A stretch of 64,000 nucleotides of DNA, from the NCBI GenBank assembly GCA_963706575.1, contig CAVPNL010000015.1, positions 320,001-384,000 on the forward strand, written 5' to 3'. Shown one piece after another: positions 28,672 through 38,118 of this stretch (its first letter is position 1; each line of letters opens with the position of its first letter). The notes beneath the pieces were generated by a model that made no database searches, was not told the DNA's origin, and saw only the letters and a program-made list of their open reading frames with translations. The position numbers were made by a program, and so were the translations under genes. The DNA is from an uncultured delta proteobacterium. GTDB taxonomy: Bacteria > Desulfobacterota > Desulfobacteria > Desulfobacterales > JAHEIW01.

Positions 28672-29799
28672 ATGCCGTTGTTTTACAAGCTTGACGGATT
28701 GGGTAATGATACCGCTAGAGTCGCAGGTCGCCTCGCGTCGTTGCGCCAGGCGTTGCAAACCCATGCGGATGGGCCTGAACGCAGCGTGCCCAACAAAAAT
28801 GTCACCGACACCCTCCTGCTGGCCACCTGGAATCTGAAAGAATTCGAAGGCGGCAAAAATGATAACCGCACGGCAGAATCCTACTGGTATATCGCCGAGA
28901 TCATTTCGCATTTCGATCTGATCGCCATTCAGGAAGTCGGCGCCCACCTGGGGGCGCTGAATAAGCTGCGAGCAAGGCTGGGCCGTACCTGGAGATTTGT
29001 GGTCAGCGATGTAACCGAAGGCTCGGCCGGCAACCAGGAACGCTTGGCCTTTTTGTTTGACCGCCGCAAAATTCGCTTCAGCGGAGTGGCCGGTGAAATT
29101 GTCATTCCGCCGATCGAAGACAAAAAGGGCAAAACAATTGCACCCGCCAATCAGCTGGCACGCACGCCCACCATCGTCGGCTTCGAGGCCGGCTGGTTCC
29201 GCTTTATGCTGTCTACCGTTCACATTATCTGGGGCCAGGAGGTGGCTGAACATCCCGATCGCGTGGCCGAAATTCAGGCCCTGGCTCAACTCCTCAAGCA
29301 GCGCACCGAAGACCCGACGGCCTGGAGTCGCAACTTGATTTTGCTCGGCGATTTTAATATTTTTGAAGCCGATCGGGCGAACGCGGCTTTTAATGCCATC
29401 ACCCAAAACGGTTTTCAAATACCGCAAGCGCTGCAAAACATACCCCCTTCCAATGTCGGCAAAAAACGGCGCTTTTATGATCAAATCGCATTAAAGGCGC
29501 GGCAAAACAATCTGGCCCCCACCGGCCGCGGCGGTGTTTTTGACTATTTTAATCAAATCTATCGAAATGAAGACTATGAAGCCTATATTGCGGCCATGAT
29601 GGGCGGCAGGGCCGAAGATGATCCCGCCAACCCCTTAGTGTATGATACCAAGGGCAACGTTCGCACCGAAAAACAGCGCCGTGCCTACTACCGCAATCAC
29701 TGGCGGCGGAGGCAGATGTCAGACCATCTGGCGATGTGGCTGGAATTAAGGATTGATTACGGCGAGGAATATCTCGCGAAGAGAAAGTCTGATCCCTGA
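28672..29799 (+). CDS. Endonuclease/exonuclease/phosphatase (DNase I-like) family protein
   Basis: LATWNL, DLIAIQEV, ERLAFLFD, ARTP, STVH, LLGDFN, YDQI, MSDH. Confidence 0.92.
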   Translation: MPLFYKLDGLGNDTARVAGRLASLRQALQTHADGPERSVPNKNVTDTLLLATWNLKEFEGGKNDNRTAESYWYIAEIISHFDLIAIQEVGAHLGALNKLRARLGRTWRFVVSDVTEGSAGNQERLAFLFDRRKIRFSGVAGEIVIPPIEDKKGKTIAPANQLARTPTIVGFEAGWFRFMLSTVHIIWGQEVAEHPDRVAEIQALAQLLKQRTEDPTAWSRNLILLGDFNIFEADRANAAFNAITQNGFQIPQALQNIPPSNVGKKRRFYDQIALKARQNNLAPTGRGGVFDYFNQIYRNEDYEAYIAAMMGGRAEDDPANPLVYDTKGNVRTEKQRRAYYRNHWRRRQMSDHLAMWLELRIDYGEEYLAKRKSDP

Positions 29800-29814
29800 A
29801 GTTGCAAAGATTCT

Positions 29815-29958
29815 AGAACGCATCTCAAAAATAGGATTTTGGCTCAAGATTGCGGCGGGGCCGAGTTTAAAACCGGAGGCATACTGTTGTATGTTGAGGA
29901 TTTTAAACGAGGCTCCAACAAAGATATTGGGCCAAAAGACATTTTTGGGATGGGTTCT
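29815..29958. repeat. ERIC-like long-hairpin element
   Basis: AGAACGCATCTCAAAAAT...ATTTTTGGGATGGGTTCT; core GGAGGCATAC..GTATGTTGAG. Confidence 0.75.
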
Positions 29959-29996
29959 AAATGCCTGCGGGACCTTGCTGACTACAGACCTGTTCA

Positions 29997-31400
29997 TTAC
30001 TCGATTTTTTTCCGACTGGCACTTATCTTTTGAGAGGTCTCCGATGTTGCTGCGCCCGGTGTTTTATTCCCTTTAAATCCAACGGTCCAGACTTTAACCT
30101 TACCGGTAGTGGTGGAATAGGTTTGAAAGCGCAACTTTCCGGTTTCCAGAAGGTAAGTATAATCAAAGTTGGTGGAATGAATACCAAGGGTCTCCACATG
30201 ATAGGGCAACCAGCTGATGCCGTTGTTAATGCTGCGGTGCAGTTTGTTGTGTCCGTCAACCGCGGTCAGGATACCGTTTGCATCCGTCAGAATCCGGGCC
30301 GGAATGTATTCAAAAGGCAATTTTGCAGGCGTAGACCATCCAACCCCGGGACGCCATAAGGACCACCAGGCGGAATCGTTATTGTTGTCAGCAAAAGATA
30401 CGGCCGGATGCCCGTCTGCTGTTACCCCCACATAGCTGGTGTACCACAAACTGCCGTCGCTGCCGGTCCAGTCAGGACCGACAACCACGTCTCCGTTTGC
30501 AAGCGTAATCGGCATCGTTTTGTATGGCGAACCGTCAGCGCGTTTAAACGTGTCTCCGCCATCATCTGAATACCCATAAAGCACATGGGTATGATAGCCC
30601 GGAGATCCATTACCGTCATCCACCACCCAGGTAACGTGCATGCGATTGTTGCGGTCAAAAAAGATGCGTGTCCGATAAGGTTGATAGGCCGTATCGCCCG
30701 CCCCTGAATCATTCCAGAAAAAGGTTTTCTCATCATGGAGGTAATCATTTCCACCCAGCATCACCCAGATTTTGGCGTCGGCATCATATCGCGCAATAGC
30801 TGCGGCCATGATTCCCGGGGACCAGCCGGTACCGAATTTGATTCGATGGCGAAAGGCAATGTAAAGCACCCCGTTGGTGTCCCGGGCAAAAGAGGGATAG
30901 GTAATCCAGGTTCCCGGAATGGTCCGGGATTGATTTCCCCCGACAAATGTAAAGGAGGAGATATCTTCCGGTTTATCGGAAACGACATATTGCCAGGCAT
31001 ATTCATAGTAGGGATTGCCTGTTTTGGGATGATTAAACGGAGAATGATGCATATTGCCGGCAACATGAATATACCCGTTGCGGTCAATGCCCACAGAGGC
31101 GCCATTATACCAGGGGCTTTTGTCGGTTTCTTCAAAGATAACATTTTTAGAAACCGAACCATCTGACGACTTCTTGACAATCAGCGTCTTTAATTGCCGG
31201 TTCACATAGACATAGTAAATGGCATCGTTGTATGTTGCCACCGGTGTTTGCCAATCGCTGCCGGTTACCTTGCAAGCATCACTAAATTCAAATTCTTTGA
31301 TTATGGTGACGGTTTCCGGTGACGGTTGCCCCCATGCCGTCATTGCATTTATTATTATCGCCACCGGAACCGCCACCAAAGCGTGGCAAAAACGCCTCAT
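29997..31400 (-). CDS. Secreted BNR-repeat (BNR_4-like) beta-propeller protein
   Basis: Signal peptide; D..GYIHVAGNMHH; TYPSF; Asp-boxes SDDGGDTF and SINNGISW. Confidence 0.8.
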   Translation of the reverse strand: MRRFCHALVAVPVAIIINAMTAWGQPSPETVTIIKEFEFSDACKVTGSDWQTPVATYNDAIYYVYVNRQLKTLIVKKSSDGSVSKNVIFEETDKSPWYNGASVGIDRNGYIHVAGNMHHSPFNHPKTGNPYYEYAWQYVVSDKPEDISSFTFVGGNQSRTIPGTWITYPSFARDTNGVLYIAFRHRIKFGTGWSPGIMAAAIARYDADAKIWVMLGGNDYLHDEKTFFWNDSGAGDTAYQPYRTRIFFDRNNRMHVTWVVDDGNGSPGYHTHVLYGYSDDGGDTFKRADGSPYKTMPITLANGDVVVGPDWTGSDGSLWYTSYVGVTADGHPAVSFADNNNDSAWWSLWRPGVGWSTPAKLPFEYIPARILTDANGILTAVDGHNKLHRSINNGISWLPYHVETLGIHSTNFDYTYLLETGKLRFQTYSTTTGKVKVWTVGFKGNKTPGAATSETSQKISASRKKIE

Positions 31401-31609
31401 GGTTACTCTCCTTTATCACTACCTGAATCTTGCATGAAAATAGATGAGAAACTCCGACTCGTGTAAAATTCAGGTACCACCTCCGACATTCGATTGCCGA
31501 ACCCTGTAACCGTAAAGCCCCCCGGCTGTTTGTGGTTTGCAGCCATCCAGAAAGAAATGCCTTGCTTTGCCATGTTGCCATGCACTTGCACGGTAGCGAT
31601 AAAATCAGG

Positions 31610-31700
31610 TGCAAAATGAATACCACATCAGCCGTTCGGGCGACCCGGGATTTACGATTGTTTCACCAACTTTCAAAACCTGTGTGTAATCAATTCCTTA
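31610..31700 (-). promoter_or_regulatory. Sigma54 promoter and upstream IHF site for the BNR gene
   Basis: Minus strand TGGTATTCATTTTGCA (31625-31610, GG-N10-GC); AATCAATTCCTTA (31688-31700) fits WATCAANNNNTTR. Confidence 0.7.
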
Positions 31701-32097
31701 GGCCTTTGGGAATTTTCAAAGCAAACCGGGTCTCTCCCGTTATGAAAATCATTAGGAGATGTTGATGATGATTCTACCGGTGGTATGTACGATAAATTAT
31801 ACTTTCGCGTATACAGAATGATAATTATCGGAGATCACAACCGAATTTCTAAATGGTGGATACACAATTATTTTGAATAATATGATAGACTTGCATCCAA
31901 ATCATCAGGTTTTAGCCTTTATATAGTTGCTAATTTGACTGTTTTCAGTATAAAATTGCAAAACTGCAGGGAAAAATCATAATCCACTTTTTTGATCTTT
32001 TCATCACCGCAAAAATAATTGCACTCAGCCACCCGTTTGAAATGCCTGCAGTGGAATAAACGGGTACATAATTTAAACAATTTAAGGAGGAAAATCG

Positions 32098-32241
32098 ATG
32101 GAAGCTTATTGTGTAAAATGCAAGGCAAAGAGAGAAATGAAAGACCCTAAAGAAATAACGATGAAAAACGGCCGGCCTGCAACCCAGGGCGTGTGCCCGA
32201 CTTGCGGCACTAAGATGTTCAGGATAGGCAAGAGCAAATAA
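32098..32241 (+). CDS. 47-aa basic zinc-ribbon protein (DUF5679-like); below ORF-track cutoff
   Basis: AAGGAGG RBS; MEAYCVKCKAKREMKDPKEITMKNGRPATQGVCPTCGTKMFRIGKSK. Confidence 0.88.
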   Translation: MEAYCVKCKAKREMKDPKEITMKNGRPATQGVCPTCGTKMFRIGKSK

Positions 32242-32357
32242 GGCTGCCGGTCTCGCATTTTTACGCCATTTAATAAATATCAATCGGAACGCGAATCGCG
32301 AGACGCTGCATTTTGTTTCAAAGTATGGCACAACGCGTTCGGTTAAAAATTTTACTG

Positions 32358-32397
32358 TGAATTAACTCCGGTGGCAGTCGCTGCCGGAGTTAATTCA
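32358..32397. terminator. Strong hairpin, probable terminator after the DUF5679 gene
   Basis: TGAATTAACTCCGGTGGC-AGTC-GCTGCCGGAGTTAATTCA. Confidence 0.55.
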
Positions 32398-32507
32398 TTT
32401 AGGCCGGATGAATACCTCCGTATGTCTGAAGAAATGTTTTTTTCATCGCAGAAGAACATTCCTTAGTGACCATCTGCAATTCCACTTTCAATAAAGATCG
32501 CAATTTG

Positions 32508-32930
32508 ATGAGACATCGCTTATTCGTATATGGAACTCTTAAAAAAGGATTTCCGAATCACGACAATTATTTGGAATCCGCCAAGCATCTGGGCAAATAT
32601 CAAACGGTTGAGAAGTATCCCCTGGTTCTTTGCGGCGCGCGCTATGTTCCCTGCATGATTTATCGGCCGGGAGAAGGTCATCATGTTGAAGGGGAACTCT
32701 ATGAAGTTGACGACGAATGCCTAACTAGGGTAGATGCATTAGAGCGCATACAGGATTCAGATGGTTACAGACGAACCGTTATCCGTGTCAGATCAAGTGG
32801 GCGTATACATCAGGATATCAAAGAAGCACAGGCATATTTCATGCTACCTGAGCAAATAACAGATTGCCGATCCAACGATTTGAAGACTTACGGATTGGAG
32901 GAGGCCAAGAAGTACACCCCAAGAAAATGA
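32508..32930 (+). CDS. Gamma-glutamylcyclotransferase (AIG2-like)
   Basis: LFVYGTLKKGFPNH, VEGELYEV, DALE, YRR. Confidence 0.9.
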   Translation: MRHRLFVYGTLKKGFPNHDNYLESAKHLGKYQTVEKYPLVLCGARYVPCMIYRPGEGHHVEGELYEVDDECLTRVDALERIQDSDGYRRTVIRVRSSGRIHQDIKEAQAYFMLPEQITDCRSNDLKTYGLEEAKKYTPRK

Positions 32931-33011
32931 AAGCATTTACCGGTTTCAAATGACAATTAACGCCTGATTGAGCGTTTTCCGCTCAATTATGGCATGAGGA
33001 GGGACGACCAG

Positions 33012-33302
33012 ATGCCTGCCTACATGATTGCCAGAGTCAATGTAACTGATTGGGACCAATACAACGAATACATGAAAGTGACGCCGGGGATCATTGCAAA
33101 ATATGACGGCCGCTTCATTGTCCGCGGGGGAGAAATGGTCACCCTCGAGGGCCCGGAGGAAAAATGGCGGGTCGTTGTGGTTGAATTCCCCGACCTTGCA
33201 AAAGCCAAGGAATTCTACTATTCGCCGGAATACACCGATGCCAAAAAGATTCGCGAAGGCGCAGCACTGGCACAATTTGTCGCCATTTCGGGTGTCGAAT
33301 AG
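33012..33302 (+). CDS. DUF1330-domain protein
   Basis: MPAYMIA...YDGRFIVRGG...LEG...VVVVEFP...YYSPEY...R. Confidence 0.9.
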   Translation: MPAYMIARVNVTDWDQYNEYMKVTPGIIAKYDGRFIVRGGEMVTLEGPEEKWRVVVVEFPDLAKAKEFYYSPEYTDAKKIREGAALAQFVAISGVE

Positions 33303-33315
33303 ATCCCTAACCACC

Positions 33316-33465
33316 ATGAAAAAAATAAAAATTCGTAATGTCCGCAGAGATGATCTGAAACATCTGCTGGAATTAAACCAGTCCAATTTGCCTCATGTCG
33401 GCTCGCTTCAAATCAAGCAGGTGGTCCTGCTGCGGTCGTCATCTCCTAACGGCGTCGTCGAATAA
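33316..33465 (+). pseudogene. Probable 5' remnant of a GNAT acetyltransferase
   Basis: MKKIKIRNVRRDDLKHLLELNQSNLPHVGSL resembles a GNAT beta1-alpha1 start, then stops at 49 aa. Confidence 0.45.
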
Positions 33466-33543
33466 TGCCTGAATCCTGGATTCGATCATCACAACAGTAG
33501 AAGCGTTGCTTGGATCCATAACGCATTTTTGCAATCTGTAAAT

Positions 33544-34374
33544 ATGAAGAAGCTTATGATACGCCTTCCGATCTATTATCTGATCGTTGTGTCCGGCATG
33601 TATTTTTTTCAGGATTACTTTATCTACCATCCGGAAAAAACAGATTCTAAATTCATCCAAAAAGCGGCAAGAAATAGCAACTTGGGTATTTGGCCGGACG
33701 ATGTTAAAATTTACCGCGGTTTCGTATCACCGATAGAATCTGAAAAAGCCAGGGGAACCATCATCGTATTTCATGGAAACGCCGGCAGTGCCATAGACCG
33801 CTCGTACTATGTACACGCTCTGGGTCGACTGGGGTATCGCATGATAGTGGCTGAATATCCCGGCTACGGGTCACGCCCGGGAAAACCCGGTGAAAATCAA
33901 TTCACAGCGGATGCAGTCAAAACCATCCGCCTGGCGGCAAAGGAATTCGGACACCCGCTCTTTCTGCTCGGTGAATCTTTAGGATGCGGTGTGGTGTGTG
34001 CTGCCGTTGCGCAAATTGATATTTCCATCGACGCTGTTGGATTGATCACCCCCTGGGATTCTTTGCTCAACCTCGCCCGGCACAAATATTGGTTTCTACC
34101 GGTTCGCTGGATGTTAAAAGACACTTACGACAATGTAGCGAACTTGGCAGATTATCGCGGACCCGTTGCCATTATCATCGCCGAGCAGGATGAAATTATT
34201 CCGCCGCGACTGGCCAATCATTTATATGAAACTTTGCGGGGGCCGAAACGCCTGTGGACATTTCCAAATGCGGGGCACAACAGTTGGCCATCCGGCCCGC
34301 AGGAGCCATGGTGGGATGAAATGATGCGCTTTTTAAATTCAACACCAAATGACAAGGAACTAAAATCAAAATAA
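33544..34374 (+). CDS. Membrane-anchored alpha/beta hydrolase
   Basis: FHGNAG, EYPGYG, GESLG nucleophile, DEII, AGHN. Confidence 0.9.
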   Translation: MKKLMIRLPIYYLIVVSGMYFFQDYFIYHPEKTDSKFIQKAARNSNLGIWPDDVKIYRGFVSPIESEKARGTIIVFHGNAGSAIDRSYYVHALGRLGYRMIVAEYPGYGSRPGKPGENQFTADAVKTIRLAAKEFGHPLFLLGESLGCGVVCAAVAQIDISIDAVGLITPWDSLLNLARHKYWFLPVRWMLKDTYDNVANLADYRGPVAIIIAEQDEIIPPRLANHLYETLRGPKRLWTFPNAGHNSWPSGPQEPWWDEMMRFLNSTPNDKELKSK

Positions 34375-34426
34375 CGGTTTTGATTATTTATCTTCCGTTT
34401 GGTTTGTGCTATGGGCAGTCTCACCC

Positions 34427-34580
34427 AGAAGCTATCTCAAAAATGCATCTAACGCCCAAGGGCTTTGTTGCAAACCGATTCAAAATACTCACATACTAAC
34501 GTGTATGCTCAGAGACACGCATTTTGAATCGGTTTGCGTCGCACCCTTGAACGTTATCTACGATTTTTGAGATACCTTCT
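34427..34580. repeat. ERIC-like long-hairpin element
   Basis: AGAAGCTATCTCAAAAAT...ATTTTTGAGATACCTTCT; core AAATACTCACATAC..GTATGCTC. Confidence 0.75.
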
Positions 34581-34605
34581 ATTGAAGCCTGAAGGAGATT
34601 TTATC

Positions 34606-34830
34606 ATGAGCGATTTTGGAGACAAGTTGATCGACTTAAGGAACAAGAGCAAGTTAAGTTTAAAAGAAATCTGTAAACAGGCCGGAATTCCGCCGTCAAG
34701 ATTGGTGGAGTTGGAAAACGGGGTGAGAATACCGACGCCCGGTCAAATCGAGCATCTTGAAAATTTGTATGGCATCAATTCCGGAGGGCTTGCCGAACTG
34801 TCCCAGGAGGTTGCAAATACCGAATGGTAA
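34606..34830 (+). CDS. XRE-family helix-turn-helix protein
   Basis: AAGGAG RBS; FGDKLIDLR...LSLKEI...LENGVRIP. Confidence 0.85.
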   Translation: MSDFGDKLIDLRNKSKLSLKEICKQAGIPPSRLVELENGVRIPTPGQIEHLENLYGINSGGLAELSQEVANTEW

Positions 34831-35179
34831 TCTAAAGCAATTAACGACGCATTAAACCTGTCACCAAAGCCTGGTCATCAGGCCTGGATATCAAGCGTTT
34901 ACGCATTGCCCACCCTAATATTGGAAAAATAAAGCTGCTAAATCCCTTTTGAAATCACTTGAAGGGCTCCGGGGAACTCCCAGGGCCCTTATCAATGCAT
35001 GGATGAAGAGCTATGGGCCATCTGATTTCGCCGGGAAAATCGATGGCTGTTTTGGGTACCCGAAGCGGCTTTCAATATGCTCTGTTAGGGTATGTCCCTA
35101 ATTTTTATTAGGAATTTCCAAGATTTGTGGTATAATTAACGGATATATGAATTGAATATCGTATCTTGGAGCAGATTCT

Positions 35180-35929
35180 ATGAAGCTTGATTGGGAATTC
35201 GGCGAGCGAATACAGTGCAGCGAGGATGAAAAGAAAGAATGCATGGCGCTGGTCGCTGATATCGTTTCCATGGCGACCAAAGCCAAACGCAACGGGTTGC
35301 TTTCCCTGGTGCAGGACGCGGAAGAAACCTCTCATTTTCTTTTGCGCAAAGGGCTGCAACAGGTTCTGGAGGGTGTCAACCCCCAGATGGTAGAAAAAAC
35401 GCTTCAGTATTATATCCTGTCCGGCAAACACCACGGCAAGGAACTTTTGATGCGCTGCATCATAATGGAAGGGGTTTTGGCCATCCAAAACGGCGTCAAC
35501 CCCACTATTATTAAAGAGTTGCTTGTATCTTTATTCGGCGAAGGCAGCTATGAGACCTATGAACGCGAATTCGGTGATGGAAAAAATAATCACCTCAAGG
35601 CCTTTTTTAAAAAAATCGAAAAGTCCAGGGCGGCAACGCCTTTAAGCTCCAAACTGGGGCATACCATTATGCAACTCAATGATCAGTCCATTCAACAATG
35701 TCTCAAAGAAATCAGCACCGTCGATCTGGCCCGGGCGCTCAAAGGTATCGAAGGCAAAGCCCAGATAAAAGTATTTAATAATTTGCCGAAACGCTCTGCG
35801 GCTATCTTACAGGAAACCGTTGAACACCTGGATTTGATGAGGGAATCCGAAATGACCGAAGCCCAGGAAAAGGTGCTTCTGATTATTTCCAGTCTTGAAG
35901 ACCGTGATGAAATTCTGGTGTCAAATTGA
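35180..35929 (+). CDS. Soluble fusion: MotA cytoplasmic-domain-like region plus FliG C-terminal domain
   Basis: AKRNGLLSL...FLLRKGLQQVLEG...EGVLAIQNGVNP..IKELL (MotA-like); LNDQSIQQCLKEI...DLARALKG...FNNLPKRSA...EAQEKV...LEDRDEI (FliG_C-like); no TM. Confidence 0.75.
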   Translation: MKLDWEFGERIQCSEDEKKECMALVADIVSMATKAKRNGLLSLVQDAEETSHFLLRKGLQQVLEGVNPQMVEKTLQYYILSGKHHGKELLMRCIIMEGVLAIQNGVNPTIIKELLVSLFGEGSYETYEREFGDGKNNHLKAFFKKIEKSRAATPLSSKLGHTIMQLNDQSIQQCLKEISTVDLARALKGIEGKAQIKVFNNLPKRSAAILQETVEHLDLMRESEMTEAQEKVLLIISSLEDRDEILVSN

Positions 35930-35972
35930 GTGTTACCCTTCTGTATATTCTATAGAACCCACGCTGTAAATC

Positions 35973-36653
35973 ATGGACCTCAACAATAAATTAGCCGCAC
36001 TGGATCAGATTTATCAGATCTACGATAATTTCGTCTCCGGACTGGAGTTGGCCTGCAGGAAGCATTGCGCCCACTGCTGTACCACCGGTGTTACCCTAAC
36101 CACGGTGGAGGGATACAAAATAATTAAAAAATTGGAATCCGAAGGGAATAGGCAGTGGATTGAAAAAATTGAACCGGCGGCAACTCAACCCCATTTTCAG
36201 CTTAAAATTACCACCAATCAGCTGGCCAATATGTGCGCTGAAGGCATTGAGCCGCCGGTAGAAGAAAATACCGAGTGGAATACGTGCCCCTTTCTAACGG
36301 ACGACCTGTGCCCGCTTTACACTGTCCGTCCTTTTGGCTGCCGGTGCCTGGTGTCGCGCCAGGATTGCGCCAAAGAAGGCGTTGCCGATATAGACGACTT
36401 CGTGCTTTCGGTCAACACCGTTTTTTTGCAGACCATCGAGCATCTGGATGCCGGTGGCTGTACCGCAAACCTGCTGGATGTGCTGGGGGTAATGGCGCTA
36501 AAAGAGAATCGGCAGGCCTATGCAGGCGGTAAATTGATGTGCCTGTCTGCGGGACTGATTGCAAATCAACCGCTTAAGGTGTTAATGATCCCACCGGAAC
36601 ATCGCATCAAAATGGAGCCCATCCTGAATTCGCTTCGCGAAGTTCGTATTTGA
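35973..36653 (+). CDS. YkgJ-family Cys-cluster (CxxxCxxCC) protein
   Basis: ACRKHCAHCC; CPFL...CPLYTVRPFGCR. Confidence 0.85.
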   Translation: MDLNNKLAALDQIYQIYDNFVSGLELACRKHCAHCCTTGVTLTTVEGYKIIKKLESEGNRQWIEKIEPAATQPHFQLKITTNQLANMCAEGIEPPVEENTEWNTCPFLTDDLCPLYTVRPFGCRCLVSRQDCAKEGVADIDDFVLSVNTVFLQTIEHLDAGGCTANLLDVLGVMALKENRQAYAGGKLMCLSAGLIANQPLKVLMIPPEHRIKMEPILNSLREVRI

Positions 36654-36657
36654 TAAT

Positions 36658-36757
36658 ATTCACCGCAGAGACGCAGAGGTCGCAGAGAGAAAGTTTCTTT
36701 GCCTTGTCGCTGAGACGCACATCTCAACCCTGCGAACTCTGCGTCTCTGCGGTGAAT
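36658..36757. repeat. CACCGCAGAGACGCAGAG inverted-repeat element between convergent genes
   Basis: 21-bp perfect terminal inverted repeat ATTCACCGCAGAGACGCAGAG; half copy near 45645. Confidence 0.75.
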
Positions 36758-36762
36758 TTAAT

Positions 36763-38097
36763 CTACCCTTCAACCTTGAAGAACGACTCATCAAACTCGG
36801 GCCTGTCTTTGTAACGGCTAAGGAAAAAGCCCGGCAGCTGATCGATGTTCTCAAACAACCCGGCATCCGCATCGATGCCAGCCTGGTGAAGGGCCTTGAG
36901 CACGGAATTGGGTGAAGGCGGGCAACCCTTGACCGCAATCCGCTCCTGGATGTCGGGATTGTCTTTGTGGGCTTGAGACATGCATTTACCCAGCAGAATC
37001 GTTTTTTTCATTCCGGGTGTGGGTTGCATGGATTTACCGGTCAGAATCTCGACATCATCCCAGGCTTCACCCTTCCAGGCATAGCGGATCGCTGAAATCA
37101 CTATACCGTTTATCGCGGAGCAGTATGTGCACATGGAAAGGTCGTATTTACGGTAAAAAACACCTTTTAGCCCCTCTTTGGCTAACGCCAACGGCATCAT
37201 ACCGTCTTCGGTATCGTTGTATTGAAAGTCGTATTGGTGAAATTGACTCAAGCCCTCAATGTTTTCACCCAGAATTTCAACGTCACTAAGATCATGAGGC
37301 CTGTTGCGATTGCGGGCGGCATGCACCAGGTGGGGGACATCCCGCCCTTCATAGCCAAGCAGTTTTGCCCCGACCAGATCTGCCGCCAGCACATCGGATG
37401 ATGCCACCAGCAAATTGCTGCGGTGCATGCGGCCGTCCGGACCGGGCCCTCGCTCGTTGGTATAAATCCCATCTTGCAGGGTCAGCATCGGCGGCATCCG
37501 GTCGGCCAGCTTGGCGACCCAGAAATGGAGGTCTTTGTTCGGCGTCATGGTGTGGCATCGTTTGCGGGAGGGGATGTCGATGGCGCCCTTCAGGTTTTTA
37601 ATACCCAGACTCACCACTGTCTGATTGTGGGCTTTCATCACCGGCAGATCCACCACAAAGTCGCTGTTTAAAATATCGGTGTTAAAGTTCAGTTCGACAC
37701 CGTCGCCCAGGTCTACTTTTTCAAAGGGCCTTTCAAAAACATTGATATGCGTAATGCCGTACTTTTGTTTTAAAATGCCGTATCCCAGGGTCTCAAAGGC
37801 GTGGGCCAGGGTGGCGGTATCTTTGGGATTCATGGTGACGGTGCCCTCGCCGATGGTGATATCAGCGATGCCACGTTCCTTGAGCAAAATGATGATATCT
37901 TCCACGATGCGGGATGTGGTGATGACCCCCCATTTGGGGAAGGCAACGGCGCGGGTCCAGAACACAATGTTGGGCTTGATGAAAACCCTGGCCCCGGCAG
38001 GCATAGCATCCAGACCGCCCGATAGTTCGACGGCTTTGCGAACCGATTCGATCGGTTTTTCATACTTCACCACCGCAACCTTGTACTTGCTCATCAA
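36763..38097 (-). CDS. DUF362-domain protein with C-terminal Cys (Fe-S) region
   Basis: VFIKPN, GEG, LPVMKAH, LGIKNLKG, GPG; C-terminal CTYC, GKC, KGCPP. Confidence 0.85.
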   Translation of the reverse strand: MMSKYKVAVVKYEKPIESVRKAVELSGGLDAMPAGARVFIKPNIVFWTRAVAFPKWGVITTSRIVEDIIILLKERGIADITIGEGTVTMNPKDTATLAHAFETLGYGILKQKYGITHINVFERPFEKVDLGDGVELNFNTDILNSDFVVDLPVMKAHNQTVVSLGIKNLKGAIDIPSRKRCHTMTPNKDLHFWVAKLADRMPPMLTLQDGIYTNERGPGPDGRMHRSNLLVASSDVLAADLVGAKLLGYEGRDVPHLVHAARNRNRPHDLSDVEILGENIEGLSQFHQYDFQYNDTEDGMMPLALAKEGLKGVFYRKYDLSMCTYCSAINGIVISAIRYAWKGEAWDDVEILTGKSMQPTPGMKKTILLGKCMSQAHKDNPDIQERIAVKGCPPSPNSVLKALHQAGIDADAGLFENIDQLPGFFLSRYKDRPEFDESFFKVEG

Positions 38098-38118
38098 TCT
38101 TCTCCGAAAAAGATGGAA

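Noticed and set aside
15447..31400. Prophage or ICE
   Set aside because: No integrase, tRNA/att site, structural or conjugation genes; only a compositional shift
32500..34830. Integron cassette array (small co-oriented genes)
   Set aside because: No repeated attC-like RYYYAAC...GTTRRRY structures seen between successive genes and no integrase
34830..35170. Hairpins between the XRE gene and the MotA-FliG fusion as a known ncRNA (6S, SRP, riboswitch)
   Set aside because: Imperfect stems with no diagnostic motif, promoter or terminator recognised
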